DNA from: Vulcanimicrobiota bacterium
Lineage (GTDB): Bacteria > Vulcanimicrobiota > Vulcanimicrobiia > Vulcanimicrobiales > Vulcanimicrobiaceae
Assembly: GCA_963833095.1 (NCBI GenBank)
Contig: CAWHWQ010000001.1
Coordinates: forward strand, 160,001-224,000
Direction of reading: 5' to 3'
Length of the DNA stretch: 64,000 bases
Shown here: in pieces, positions 49,825 through 57,777 of the stretch
Position numbering within the stretch: position 1 is the stretch's first letter
Layout: each line of letters begins with the position of its first letter
The notes under the pieces: model-generated
Told to the model about the DNA's origin: nothing
What the model saw: only the letters and a program-made list of their open reading frames with translations
Database searches by the model: none
Translations under genes and position numbers: made by a program

Positions 49825-50235
49825 CTACCGCGCGGCGAAGATGCGCGCGGCCGCCATGATTTCACCCTGTATTTCGGGAAGGGGATCGTCGCGAAGGAGC
49901 ACCGCTGGGACGCGGTCGCCCAAATGCGGGTTGCTCCCATGGAACCAGGCGCGGGCGATGTCGGGGTCTCGCGTACTCAGGATCATCGCGGCGATTTGGA
50001 GTGTGAAGCGGAGCACGTTGGGGCGTTGCGGCGCGCGCCCCGCCGTCCATTGAGCCACGGCGCGCGTCTCGCCGACGCCACCGATCATCGCCACCGTCTT
50101 GGAACCAAGCAACTCCGTAAGCTCCGTGACGACCTCTTCGATCGGCGCGGACATTGCGTGTTGGTGCGCCTCGCCCGCCGACCACTCGCCCCGGGCCCCA
50201 CGGCCAAACGGTTCGACCTTTTCTCTCGCGCTCAC
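49825..50235 (-). CDS. Xre/MbcA-like (DUF2384-type) antitoxin-like protein
   Basis: N-terminal HTH-like region, then ARAWFHGSNPHLGDRVPAVLLR. Confidence 0.7.
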   Translation of the reverse strand: MSAREKVEPFGRGARGEWSAGEAHQHAMSAPIEEVVTELTELLGSKTVAMIGGVGETRAVAQWTAGRAPQRPNVLRFTLQIAAMILSTRDPDIARAWFHGSNPHLGDRVPAVLLRDDPLPEIQGEIMAAARIFAAR

Positions 50236-50336
50236 AGCCGAAATCCCACCTCAAATCCCAGATGCAATGACAGCTTATTTCTACCAGACAACCGAGCCTT
50301 ACGTCTATATCCAAAAAGCTGGACGTTTAAAAGCAA

Positions 50337-50396
50337 AGGCCCCGTGAAATACACGGGGCCTTAGGCTACGAAAAAGTGGGTTCAACCCACTTTTTG
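50337..50396 (-). terminator. Two tandem hairpins / terminators after rplA
   Basis: AGGCCCCGTG..CACGGGGCCT and AAAAAGTGGGT..ACCCACTTTTT. Confidence 0.75.
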
Positions 50397-50404
50397 TAGC
50401 TCTC

Positions 50405-51106
50405 CTAGGCGGTGGCCTTAATACGGTTCGGGTCGACCTTTATGCCGGGGCCCATCGTGCTCGTGAGCGTGACGCTCTTGAGGTAGGTGCCCTTCGAGGC
50501 CGCCGGTTTCGCGCGAACGATCGCATCGAGTAACGCGCCGACGTTCTCGAGCAACTGCTGCTCCTCGAACTGCGCCTTGCCGACGATCGTGTGAATGATC
50601 GCGGCCTTGTCGAGACGGTACTCGACCTTACCGGCCTTGATGTCGCGAATCGCGCCGGCGATGTTCGCGGACACGGTCCCGGCCTTGGGGTTGGGCATCT
50701 TCTGCGCAAGGATGCGTCCCAGTTCTTTGCCGACCTGCGCCATCATGTCCGGCGTCGCAACGGCAACGTCGAACTCGGTGAACCCGGCTTTGAGCCGGTC
50801 GATCAGCTCCTGGTCGCCGACGATATCGGCGCCCGCCTCTTGCGCGGCCTTCGCATTGTCGCCCTTGGCGAACGCGATGACGCGCACCGTACGGCCCGTG
50901 CCGTGCGGCAAGAGCACCGTGCCGCGCACGTTCTGGTCGCTCTTCTTCGGATCGACGCCGAGACGAATGTGAATCTCAACCGTCTCGTTGAACTTCGCAT
51001 TCGCGTTCTTCTTCACGAAGCCGATTGCTTCGGCCGGCGTGAAAAGCGCCTTCTTGTCGAAGTTGGCGACGAGGTTCTTGTAACGTTTTCCGTGATGTTG
51101 CGGCAT
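50405..51106 (-). CDS. rplA: 50S ribosomal protein L1
   Basis: KFNETVE, LGVDPKKSDQNVRG, MPNPKAGTV, STMGPG. Confidence 0.99.
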   Translation of the reverse strand: MPQHHGKRYKNLVANFDKKALFTPAEAIGFVKKNANAKFNETVEIHIRLGVDPKKSDQNVRGTVLLPHGTGRTVRVIAFAKGDNAKAAQEAGADIVGDQELIDRLKAGFTEFDVAVATPDMMAQVGKELGRILAQKMPNPKAGTVSANIAGAIRDIKAGKVEYRLDKAAIIHTIVGKAQFEEQQLLENVGALLDAIVRAKPAASKGTYLKSVTLTSTMGPGIKVDPNRIKATA

Positions 51107-51528
51107 TACTCGACCTCCACGCCCATCGAGCGTGCCGTTCCGGCGATGATTTTCTTGGCGGCGTCGATATCGTTGGCGTTGATGTCGGGCATCTTCACCT
51201 TGGCGATGTCTTCGAGTTGCTTTTGGGTCAGCTTACCGACCTTATTGCGATTGGGCTCTTTCGAACCCGACTCGATCTTGAGCGCCTGTTTGATCAGGAA
51301 CGACGCCGGCGGCGTCTTGGTGATGAACGTGAACGTACGATCTTCGTACACGGTGATCTCGACCGGAATGATCATGCCCGCCTGCGAAGCCGTACGTTCG
51401 TTGTACTGCTTGCAGAAATCCATGATGTTCAGCGAGTAGGGTCCGAGAGCCGGACCGATCGGCGGCGCAGGCGTTGCCTTGCCGGCCGGAATCTGTAGGC
51501 CGATCTTGCCTACGACCTTCTTAGCCAT
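51106..51528 (-). CDS. rplK: 50S ribosomal protein L11
   Basis: [22 protein letters not shown]. Confidence 0.99.
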   Translation of the reverse strand: MAKKVVGKIGLQIPAGKATPAPPIGPALGPYSLNIMDFCKQYNERTASQAGMIIPVEITVYEDRTFTFITKTPPASFLIKQALKIESGSKEPNRNKVGKLTQKQLEDIAKVKMPDINANDIDAAKKIIAGTARSMGVEVE

Positions 51529-51553
51529 TGTCTTGTCTTTCGTTTGGTACGGT

Positions 51554-51700
51554 ACGCTTTTTCTCTCAGGCGTTCCGCACTTGGAAGACGCGGGGCAACA
51601 TCGTGTTGCCGGCGGTTATGGACATCGCGCCTCTCGCCCATCCAGGGCTCCGGCGCTCGCCAAGTCTTCCTTCGTTGCGGGACGCCTTGCGAAAAAGCGT
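51554..51700. repeat. Repeat family B long-hairpin element in the rplK leader
   Basis: Arms ACGCTTTTTC..GGAAGAC and GTCTTCC..GAAAAAGCGT; inner GCAACATCGTGTTGC and GCCCATCCAGGGC hairpins resembling 15490-15632. Confidence 0.7.
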
Positions 51701-51757
51701 TCCTACCCCTCTGCAGTCTCATGGGCCGGGGTCGTTCCCACGAGAAACTTGCCTATT

Positions 51758-51800
51758 ATGTCATCCCGAGCGTAGCGGCGCAAGCCGCGCAGTCGAGGGA
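51758..51800 (+). repeat. Family C (REP-like) copy
   Basis: TGTCATCCCGAGCGTAGCGGCGCAAGCCGCGCAGTCGAGGGA; matches the reverse complement of about 22838-22872. Confidence 0.8.
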
Positions 51801-51810
51801 CCGGCTATCC

Positions 51811-52527
51811 CTAAACCTTCTCGACTTGGAAGAACTCGAGCTCTACGGGCGTCTCTCTTCCGAAAATCGAGATGAGCGCGCGCAGGCGTTCTTTTTCGGG
51901 TTGGATCTCGTCGACCACGCCGGTGAAGTCGAAGAACGGGCCCGAAGTAACCTTGACGCGGTCGCCCTTGGCGAAGTCGATCTTGAGCTTGGGCGCTTCG
52001 ATGCCCATCTGCTTGAGGATCGTCTTGACCTCTTTCTCTTGCAGCGGCACGGGCTTTTCGCCCGGGCCGGGGCTGCCGACAAAACCGGTCACACCTTGCG
52101 TGTTGCGCACGACGTACCAGGACTGGTCGTCCATGATCATTTCAACCAGGACGTAGCCCGGGAACACTTTTTTCGGCGTGATCTTGCGCTTGCCGTCTTT
52201 GAACTCGACTTCGTCTTCCATGGGAACGAGCACGCGGAAAATCTTCTCGGCCATGTTCATCGAATGAATGCGGCGCTCAAGATTGGCCTTGACTTTGTTC
52301 TCGTAACCCGAATACGTGTGAATCACGAACCAGTTGCGGTTGTCTTTTTTCGCGGGGGCCGGCGCTTCGGCGGCACCATCGTCCCCGACGACGTCGATGA
52401 CTTCGGTGACGTCATCCTCGAGCGGCGGCGGAGTGGTAAGCTCGGCTTCCGGCTCGGCGATCGTTTCGACCGTGGTCGTTTCGTCGTCTTCGTCTTCTTG
52501 GAATTCGCGTTCGATATCGGATGTCAT
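51811..52527 (-). CDS. nusG: Transcription termination/antitermination factor NusG, with acidic N-terminal extension
   Basis: WFVIHTYSGYE, FPGYVLV, IFGRETPVEL. Confidence 0.98.
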   Translation of the reverse strand: MTSDIEREFQEDEDDETTTVETIAEPEAELTTPPPLEDDVTEVIDVVGDDGAAEAPAPAKKDNRNWFVIHTYSGYENKVKANLERRIHSMNMAEKIFRVLVPMEDEVEFKDGKRKITPKKVFPGYVLVEMIMDDQSWYVVRNTQGVTGFVGSPGPGEKPVPLQEKEVKTILKQMGIEAPKLKIDFAKGDRVKVTSGPFFDFTGVVDEIQPEKERLRALISIFGRETPVELEFFQVEKV

Positions 52528-52529
52528 GA

Positions 52530-52763
52530 TCAGATGTTATAGGTGTGAAGCTGTGCGAAAAGCCACGCGAAGCCGTTGTCGAGGGCCCAGGTAATCAGGC
52601 CCACGCCGATTACTAGTCCCAGCGTCAGCACGGTTGCCGAAACCCACTCGTTGCGGGTCGGCCACGTCACGCGGCGCAACTCGGTGAACACACCGCGCAC
52701 GAGATCACTGCCGGCCTGCTGCTGGCGGCTCGCCGCTGCGGATTTCTTTTGCTCGTTCACCAA
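52530..52763 (-). CDS. secE: Preprotein translocase SecE
   Basis: ELRRVTWPT plus one transmembrane segment; between tRNA-Trp and nusG. Confidence 0.95.
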   Translation of the reverse strand: MVNEQKKSAAASRQQQAGSDLVRGVFTELRRVTWPTRNEWVSATVLTLGLVIGVGLITWALDNGFAWLFAQLHTYNI

Positions 52764-52789
52764 ACTTCTTTCGCTCCTGGGGTTAAACT

Positions 52790-52865
52790 TGGCAGGGCGG
52801 ACAGGACTCGAACCTGCAACCGGCGATTTTGGAGACCGCTACTCTACCAATTGAGCTACCGCCCT
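52790..52865 (-). tRNA. tRNA-Trp(CCA)
   Basis: Cloverleaf with anticodon loop CT-CCA-AA and encoded CCA. Confidence 0.97.
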
Positions 52866-52877
52866 AAACGCGCGCGG

Positions 52878-53042
52878 TTACTTTGTTTCGCGGTGTGCGC
52901 GGTGGCAACGGCAAAAGCGGCAATATTTGCTCAGCTCAAGCCGGTCCGTCGTCTTCTGTTTATTTTTTTGCGTGTTGTAGTTGCGACGTTTGCATTCGTT
53001 GCAGGCCAGCACAACCATCACGCGATTTTCTTTTTTAGCCAT
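52878..53042 (-). CDS. rpmG: 50S ribosomal protein L33 (Zn-binding form)
   Basis: [26 protein letters not shown]. Confidence 0.97.
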   Translation of the reverse strand: MAKKENRVMVVLACNECKRRNYNTQKNKQKTTDRLELSKYCRFCRCHRAHRETK

Positions 53043-53173
53043 CTGTAGTTTACCACGCGACATGAAATAAACGGCCCGCAGGACCGTTCTTAGCCCACTG
53101 ACTCTACCATAACCCCGCCCCGGCGTGCAACCTCTCGGGGCGGAGTCCGGCAAACCGTGCGCTAAGGCGCGCA

Positions 53174-53241
53174 GGGACCCCAAATAGTTTGAAAGGCGCT
53201 CCGCCGCTTCGCTGCGCGCCCCCCAACGTCGTTGGGGCCCC
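53174..53241. repeat. Repeat family A copy
   Basis: GGGACCCC..GGCGCTCCGCCGCTTCGCTGCGCGCCCCCC..GGGGCCCC. Confidence 0.7.
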
Positions 53242-53249
53242 AAGAATCT

Positions 53250-53323
53250 TGCGTCCGCCCAGAATCGAACTGGGAACCTCGGCCTTAGGAGTGCCTTGCT
53301 CTATCCAATTGAGCTACGGACGC
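53250..53323 (-). tRNA. tRNA-Arg(CCT), weak anticodon stem
   Basis: GCGTCCG/CGGACGC acceptor stem, loop CT-CCT-AA, TTCGA T-loop; CCA not encoded. Confidence 0.85.
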
Positions 53324-53419
53324 CCATCCCTCGCGGCCCGCGTCGTCGACTGGGACCTCGTGTGCTCCAACGCGCACGTCGGCCCCACTCTCCTAGCGTC
53401 CATCGAGGGCTGACCTTAT

Positions 53420-55057
53420 CTAGGCTAAGGGAGGGGGATTGCCCTCTTCGCGCCAGGCAACGAACCGGTCGACGAGGACCGGGTCGAACTGGGTGCCGGC
53501 ACAGCGCTGCAACTCGGCCAGCGCCCCGTCCTCGGTGATCCCGCGGTGGTAGGGGCGGTCGGCCACCATCGCCGAGAACGCGTCGAGTATCGAGACGGCG
53601 CGGGCGATAGGGTGAATGTCCTCGCCGGCGAGCCCGTGCGGGTAGCCCTCGCCGTCCCACCGCTCGTGGTGCTGACCGACGATCTCGGCGACCTCGGCGT
53701 AGCCGGAATGTTGCGCCAGCACGTGCTGCCCATATTGCGCGTGGCGCATCACGGCTTCGTATTCAAGCTCGGTCAAGCGGCCGGGCTTGCTCATGATCCG
53801 ATCGGCGATGAGGAGCTTGCCAACATCGTGCATCAGGCTGGCCTGCAACAACGTCGAGAGCGACGCGTGATCGAGATCGAGGTTATGCTCCGACCACAGT
53901 TTGGCCATCGTGTTGACCTGCAATAGGTGCACGCGCGTAAAGGGGTCGCGGTCGAGCAAACTTTCGACAATCGTCTCGATCCCTTCGAACGATCCATGAA
54001 CCGTGTAAGCGTCGACATCGTCGGCTCCGACCGGAATTCCGCCGAGCTTACGGCTCAGACGCGTGCGGTGCTCGCATAGTGCGACCACGTCGGCTCGCGT
54101 TCCGGCATCGAGCGGAGCCACGACGTAACCGCAGGCAATCGTTATCGGCAAGGTTTGATCGCGCGTCACATATGCGAGCTCAGCGAGCTTCGCCACGACC
54201 TGCATGACGTTATACGGCGCGAGGTCCGAGGCGCTGTCGCGCATCAAGACCATAAAAATGTCTCCACCAAAACGGCCCGCCACCATCGATTCCTCAGCGC
54301 CTTCGAAATCGCGTAATACGGCGGCGATGCGGCGCAGGACGTCGTCGCCTTCGCCGTGGCCGTACAACTCATTGAAATGCGCAAAGTTCACGACGTCGAA
54401 CATCATCGCTACGACCGGCTGCGTCGACGTCGTTCCGGCAATCGCGCTTTCCAATTCGCGCGAGATCCGTGTGTGGCTCGCAAGCCCGGTGAGCGGATCG
54501 TATTCAGCGGTGCGCTGCAGTGCCTGGTACATTCGCTGATTCTGCACCGCCACGCCCAGATAGTGCCCAATCGCCGCGATCGTTTCGACTTCTTCGGCGG
54601 AGTAAGCGTTCTCGTGAACGCTCTGGACCGACAGCGCGCCGACCATCGCTCCGCCGGCGCGCATCGGGACGAAGATCGCAGAGAGCGTATCGTCGGTCCA
54701 GGGGCGGTCGGGATTGATTGGATACGTCCCTTGCGGTGCCCAGACGTCGCGGCGATTCCCCCAGATCACTTCACCGCTTCCGATCACCGCGCGCGCGCGG
54801 GAACGCTCGGTCAACTGGATATGCGGGTAGCGCCGGATCTCGCCATGATCGTAGATGTACTCGATCGCGTGATTGCCGTCGGGATGGGCTAGCGCAATGA
54901 AAACGACGGCTGAGTCGATGTGCGCCGCGAGCATCGTGGTGAGGCGCTCGAAGAGTTCCCCGAGCGAAAGATCGGTCGACAAGAGCGAGGCCGCCTGCTG
55001 TATCAGCAGACGGTCGTTGCCGCCTTCCGGGCGCTTTCCGACCAGTTGATCCTTCAC
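53420..55057 (-). CDS. GAF-GGDEF(degenerate)-HD-GYP signalling protein (start approximate)
   Basis: GAF domain, DPLTGL, RFGGDIF, HDVGK, HHERWDGEGYP. Confidence 0.92.
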   Translation of the reverse strand: MKDQLVGKRPEGGNDRLLIQQAASLLSTDLSLGELFERLTTMLAAHIDSAVVFIALAHPDGNHAIEYIYDHGEIRRYPHIQLTERSRARAVIGSGEVIWGNRRDVWAPQGTYPINPDRPWTDDTLSAIFVPMRAGGAMVGALSVQSVHENAYSAEEVETIAAIGHYLGVAVQNQRMYQALQRTAEYDPLTGLASHTRISRELESAIAGTTSTQPVVAMMFDVVNFAHFNELYGHGEGDDVLRRIAAVLRDFEGAEESMVAGRFGGDIFMVLMRDSASDLAPYNVMQVVAKLAELAYVTRDQTLPITIACGYVVAPLDAGTRADVVALCEHRTRLSRKLGGIPVGADDVDAYTVHGSFEGIETIVESLLDRDPFTRVHLLQVNTMAKLWSEHNLDLDHASLSTLLQASLMHDVGKLLIADRIMSKPGRLTELEYEAVMRHAQYGQHVLAQHSGYAEVAEIVGQHHERWDGEGYPHGLAGEDIHPIARAVSILDAFSAMVADRPYHRGITEDGALAELQRCAGTQFDPVLVDRFVAWREEGNPPPLA

Positions 55058-55115
55058 ACTGGGCTCCTGCAATGGGACTTTCGGCTCTGTTTCGCGGGAC
55101 TCGCCGCGAACCCCC

Positions 55116-55523
55116 TTAGGTCTTCTCGAAGGCCAACGACAGAGAGTTGATACAGTAGCGCGTGCCGCGCGGTCCGGGACCGTCATCGAAGACGTGGCCC
55201 AAGTGCGAATCACAACGCGCGCAGCGTACTTCGGTGCGGCGCATTCCGTGGCTTACATCCTCGAGCAGCCGTACGTTTTGCTGTTCGTGCGGATGCGTAA
55301 ATGACGGCCAGCCACAGTGCGAGTCGAACTTCTCGTCTGAAGTGAAGAGCTCGGCACCGCACGCGCCGCAGAGGAACGTTCCGTCGTCCCGAACCGCAAG
55401 CAACTCGCCGGTGAAGGGGCGTTCGGTCCCGGCCTCGCGTAGAATTGCGTAGCGCTCGGGGCCAAGCTCTTGCCGCCACTGCGCTTCAGTCTTGGCAACG
55501 GGTGGGGTGACATCGTGCTTCAT
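55116..55523 (-). CDS. msrB: Methionine-R-sulfoxide reductase
   Basis: GTERPF, CGWPSF, HLGHVFDDGP, RYCINS. Confidence 0.97.
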   Translation of the reverse strand: MKHDVTPPVAKTEAQWRQELGPERYAILREAGTERPFTGELLAVRDDGTFLCGACGAELFTSDEKFDSHCGWPSFTHPHEQQNVRLLEDVSHGMRRTEVRCARCDSHLGHVFDDGPGPRGTRYCINSLSLAFEKT

Positions 55524-55626
55524 AACATCCTTAAGAACGCCGCACGCCCTAGCGGCGGATGCGTCCAAAGGGCATAAGGAGCGCCAAGTTGCTTGCGCGA
55601 AGCTCAAGCGCCCGGAGGAATCGCTC

Positions 55627-56514
55627 ATGCGCCTGATCACCCGTGCCGATCTCGATGGCCTTACGTCGGCCATCCTGCTTCAAGAAGTGGAGCCGATCGA
55701 GGAAGTCGACTTTGCCCATCCCAAGGACGTGCAAGACGGCAAGTTTGCTCTCTCGGCTAACGACATTCTCGCAAACCTTCCTTACGACGAGCGGGCCGCT
55801 CTCTGGTTCGACCACCATGTGAGTCAGTCAGACGCCGCCTGGAATCCGCAGATGCGCGGGGAATTCGGCGTGGCTCCCAGTGCGGCGCGGGTTATCGCCG
55901 ACCACTACAAATCCGATAAGTTCGGCCGCTTCTCCGATCTGATGGAAGCCACCGATCGGCTCGACGCCGCGCTGCTCACGCGGGACGATATCGTCGATCC
56001 CAAGGGCTGGATTCTGGTCGGATATACGCTGGATCCACGTAGCGGTCTCGGCGCGTTCAAAGATTACTTCCGTCACCTCATGACCCTCGCCAAAGCGCAA
56101 ACCGTCGAGCAGATCCTCAAAGACCCCGAAGTAAGCAAGCACGTCGCGCGCCTCAAGGCCGAAGAGCCGGCGTTTCGCGAGCATCTGCTTGCGACCTCAC
56201 GCCAAGACGGCAACGTGGTGATCACCGACGTGCGCGGCCTCAAGAATCTTCCCAGCGGTAATCGCTTCTTGATCTACGAGCTTTTCCCAACTGCAAACGT
56301 TTCGGTACGCGTGGCTGACGGGCGTGGCGGAGAGTTTGTCTCGATTCAGGTCGGACACAACATTCTCAAACGCGACTGTAAGACGAGCGTCGGTGACATG
56401 CTCGCGGAGTACGGTGGCGGCGGCCATGTGGGCGCCGGAACCTGTCAGCCGACGCCGGCCGACGCCGATCGCGTGTTGGGCGAAATCGTCGAAAATCTCA
56501 AACGCAACGGGTAA
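55627..56514 (+). CDS. DHH-family phosphoesterase
   Basis: TRADLDG, FAHPKD, FDHH, GGGH. Confidence 0.88.
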   Translation: MRLITRADLDGLTSAILLQEVEPIEEVDFAHPKDVQDGKFALSANDILANLPYDERAALWFDHHVSQSDAAWNPQMRGEFGVAPSAARVIADHYKSDKFGRFSDLMEATDRLDAALLTRDDIVDPKGWILVGYTLDPRSGLGAFKDYFRHLMTLAKAQTVEQILKDPEVSKHVARLKAEEPAFREHLLATSRQDGNVVITDVRGLKNLPSGNRFLIYELFPTANVSVRVADGRGGEFVSIQVGHNILKRDCKTSVGDMLAEYGGGGHVGAGTCQPTPADADRVLGEIVENLKRNG

Positions 56515-56539
56515 TGCGCCCAAAAGCTACCACGAGTAC

Positions 56540-56570
56540 AACGGCCTCGCGAAAGTCGCGAGGCCGTTTT
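56540..56570. terminator. Terminator hairpin between the DHH gene and the tRNA operon
   Basis: AACGGCCTCGCGA-AAG-TCGCGAGGCCGTT followed by TT. Confidence 0.8.
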
Positions 56571-56576
56571 CGAGTC

Positions 56577-56651
56577 TGGAGCCGTTGACGGGGATTGAAC
56601 CCGTGGTCTCCTCGTTACCAACGAGGTGCTTTACCGCTAAGCTACAACGGC
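56577..56651 (-). tRNA. tRNA-Thr(GGT)
   Basis: CCTCG-TTGGTAA-CGAGG anticodon arm; encoded CCA. Confidence 0.97.
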
Positions 56652-56655
56652 GCGC

Positions 56656-56906
56656 CGGCGTTTGCTACTCCATCCTACAGTGGCAACCCTACCAGTTGCG
56701 GCGGCGCTAGCCTCGCTGTCGCGTAATCCTCGCCCCACCTCACATAGTGACTGCTCTTGCAGCTAAATGTCACCACGCCCCTGCGCAGCCACCCGCTCTT
56801 GACCTGTACACGGGTGATACGCACATCCTTGTCAGCCAAGAAGCCGGTAACGCGCGTTTCTCTCCAAAGGGCTTGGCGACGGTGTGCCCCTTATGGAGGA
56901 ACGCCG
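56656..56906 (-). ncRNA. Candidate multi-stem structured ncRNA within the tRNA operon
   Basis: Closing stem CGGCGTT/AACGCCG plus CTCCAT/ATGGAG enclosing at least five internal stems; no credible ORF. Confidence 0.6.
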
Positions 56907-56968
56907 CCATGACCATGAGTTCAGAAACGAGACTACGTGGTTAGTCGCCCACCAGTCTGGCACGTTGT

Positions 56969-57042
56969 TGGAGCGGGCGGCGAGAATCGAACTCGCGCTA
57001 TCTGCTTGGAAGGCAGAGGCACTACCATTATGCAACGCCCGC
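56969..57042 (-). tRNA. tRNA-Gly(TCC)
   Basis: TCTGC-CTTCCAA-GCAGA anticodon arm; encoded CCA. Confidence 0.97.
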
Positions 57043-57059
57043 GAAAGCCAAAGACGGGA

Positions 57060-57147
57060 TGGTGGGCCGGGCTGGATTTGAACCAGCGTATCGCTTTCGC
57101 GAGCCGAATTTACAGTCCGGTGCCATTAACCACTCGACCACCGACCC
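57060..57147 (-). tRNA. tRNA-Tyr(GTA)
   Basis: Loop CT-GTA-AA, long variable arm TCGC-GAAA-GCGA, encoded CCA. Confidence 0.97.
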
Positions 57148-57274
57148 ACGGGATCCCGGCACGGCTAACGACGGTACGATACCACGGGCGCGAGGTCCTA
57201 GCAAGGATTGCGCAAAGCGCAATCCGGCTCGTTCGGGCTTCGCCCTCCGGAGAGACGATGTTTGTCGGAAGGGT

Positions 57275-57721
57275 CTACAAGGGCGCGTTGTACTTGAAGA
57301 AAGCGACCTCGCGCAGCCAGCCCTCTCGCTCGTAGACCTCTTGCGCCCGGTCGTTGTCGACAGCCGTTTCGAGGAACATTGCGGCCGCGCCGCTCTCACG
57401 CGCATAGGCCAACGCCGCATCGATGAGCGAGCGACCGATACCGCGCCGGCGAAACTGTGGCTCGACGAAGAGATCTTCCAAAATGAGAACGGGTGCGAGC
57501 CGCACGGTGCTCCACGACTCGAAGAGCTGCACGAAACCCAGCGCGAAACCAGCGCCACTGGCAAAGAACACCGTGCTCGTTCGATCGCGCAGGTGTTTGC
57601 CGATGAAGCGGCGCTCGCCGTCGTCGTCGGGCGGCTGGCCGTAGAACGTGCGATACGACCGCACCAGGGGCAAGAGCGCGTCGACGTCACGGGTGGTCGC
57701 ACGCCGCACGGTGATCTCCAT
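57275..57721 (-). CDS. GNAT-family N-acetyltransferase
   Basis: LEDLFVEPQFRRRGIGRSL, DNDRAQEVYEREGW. Confidence 0.92.
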   Translation of the reverse strand: MEITVRRATTRDVDALLPLVRSYRTFYGQPPDDDGERRFIGKHLRDRTSTVFFASGAGFALGFVQLFESWSTVRLAPVLILEDLFVEPQFRRRGIGRSLIDAALAYARESGAAAMFLETAVDNDRAQEVYEREGWLREVAFFKYNAPL

Positions 57722-57777
57722 GTCTACACAACTACCGCTCACAGGGCCGGCCTTCCCTCCACCTTAATGAATGCCTC

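Noticed and set aside
51700..51745. L1-binding leader site upstream of rplK (GTGGGA..CCCAT)
   Set aside because: Plausible by position but too short to support without a model search.
53149..53185. c-di-GMP-I riboswitch-like GGCAAACC...GGGACCCCAAA
   Set aside because: No GAAA tetraloop or GCAAAG, it overlaps a family A repeat end, and it points at no sense-strand gene.
56652..56968. tmRNA, SRP RNA, RNase P RNA or a tRNA intron as the identity of the spacer; also small ORFs there
   Set aside because: Signature motifs are absent, the flanking tRNAs are complete, and the ORFs lack credible features.
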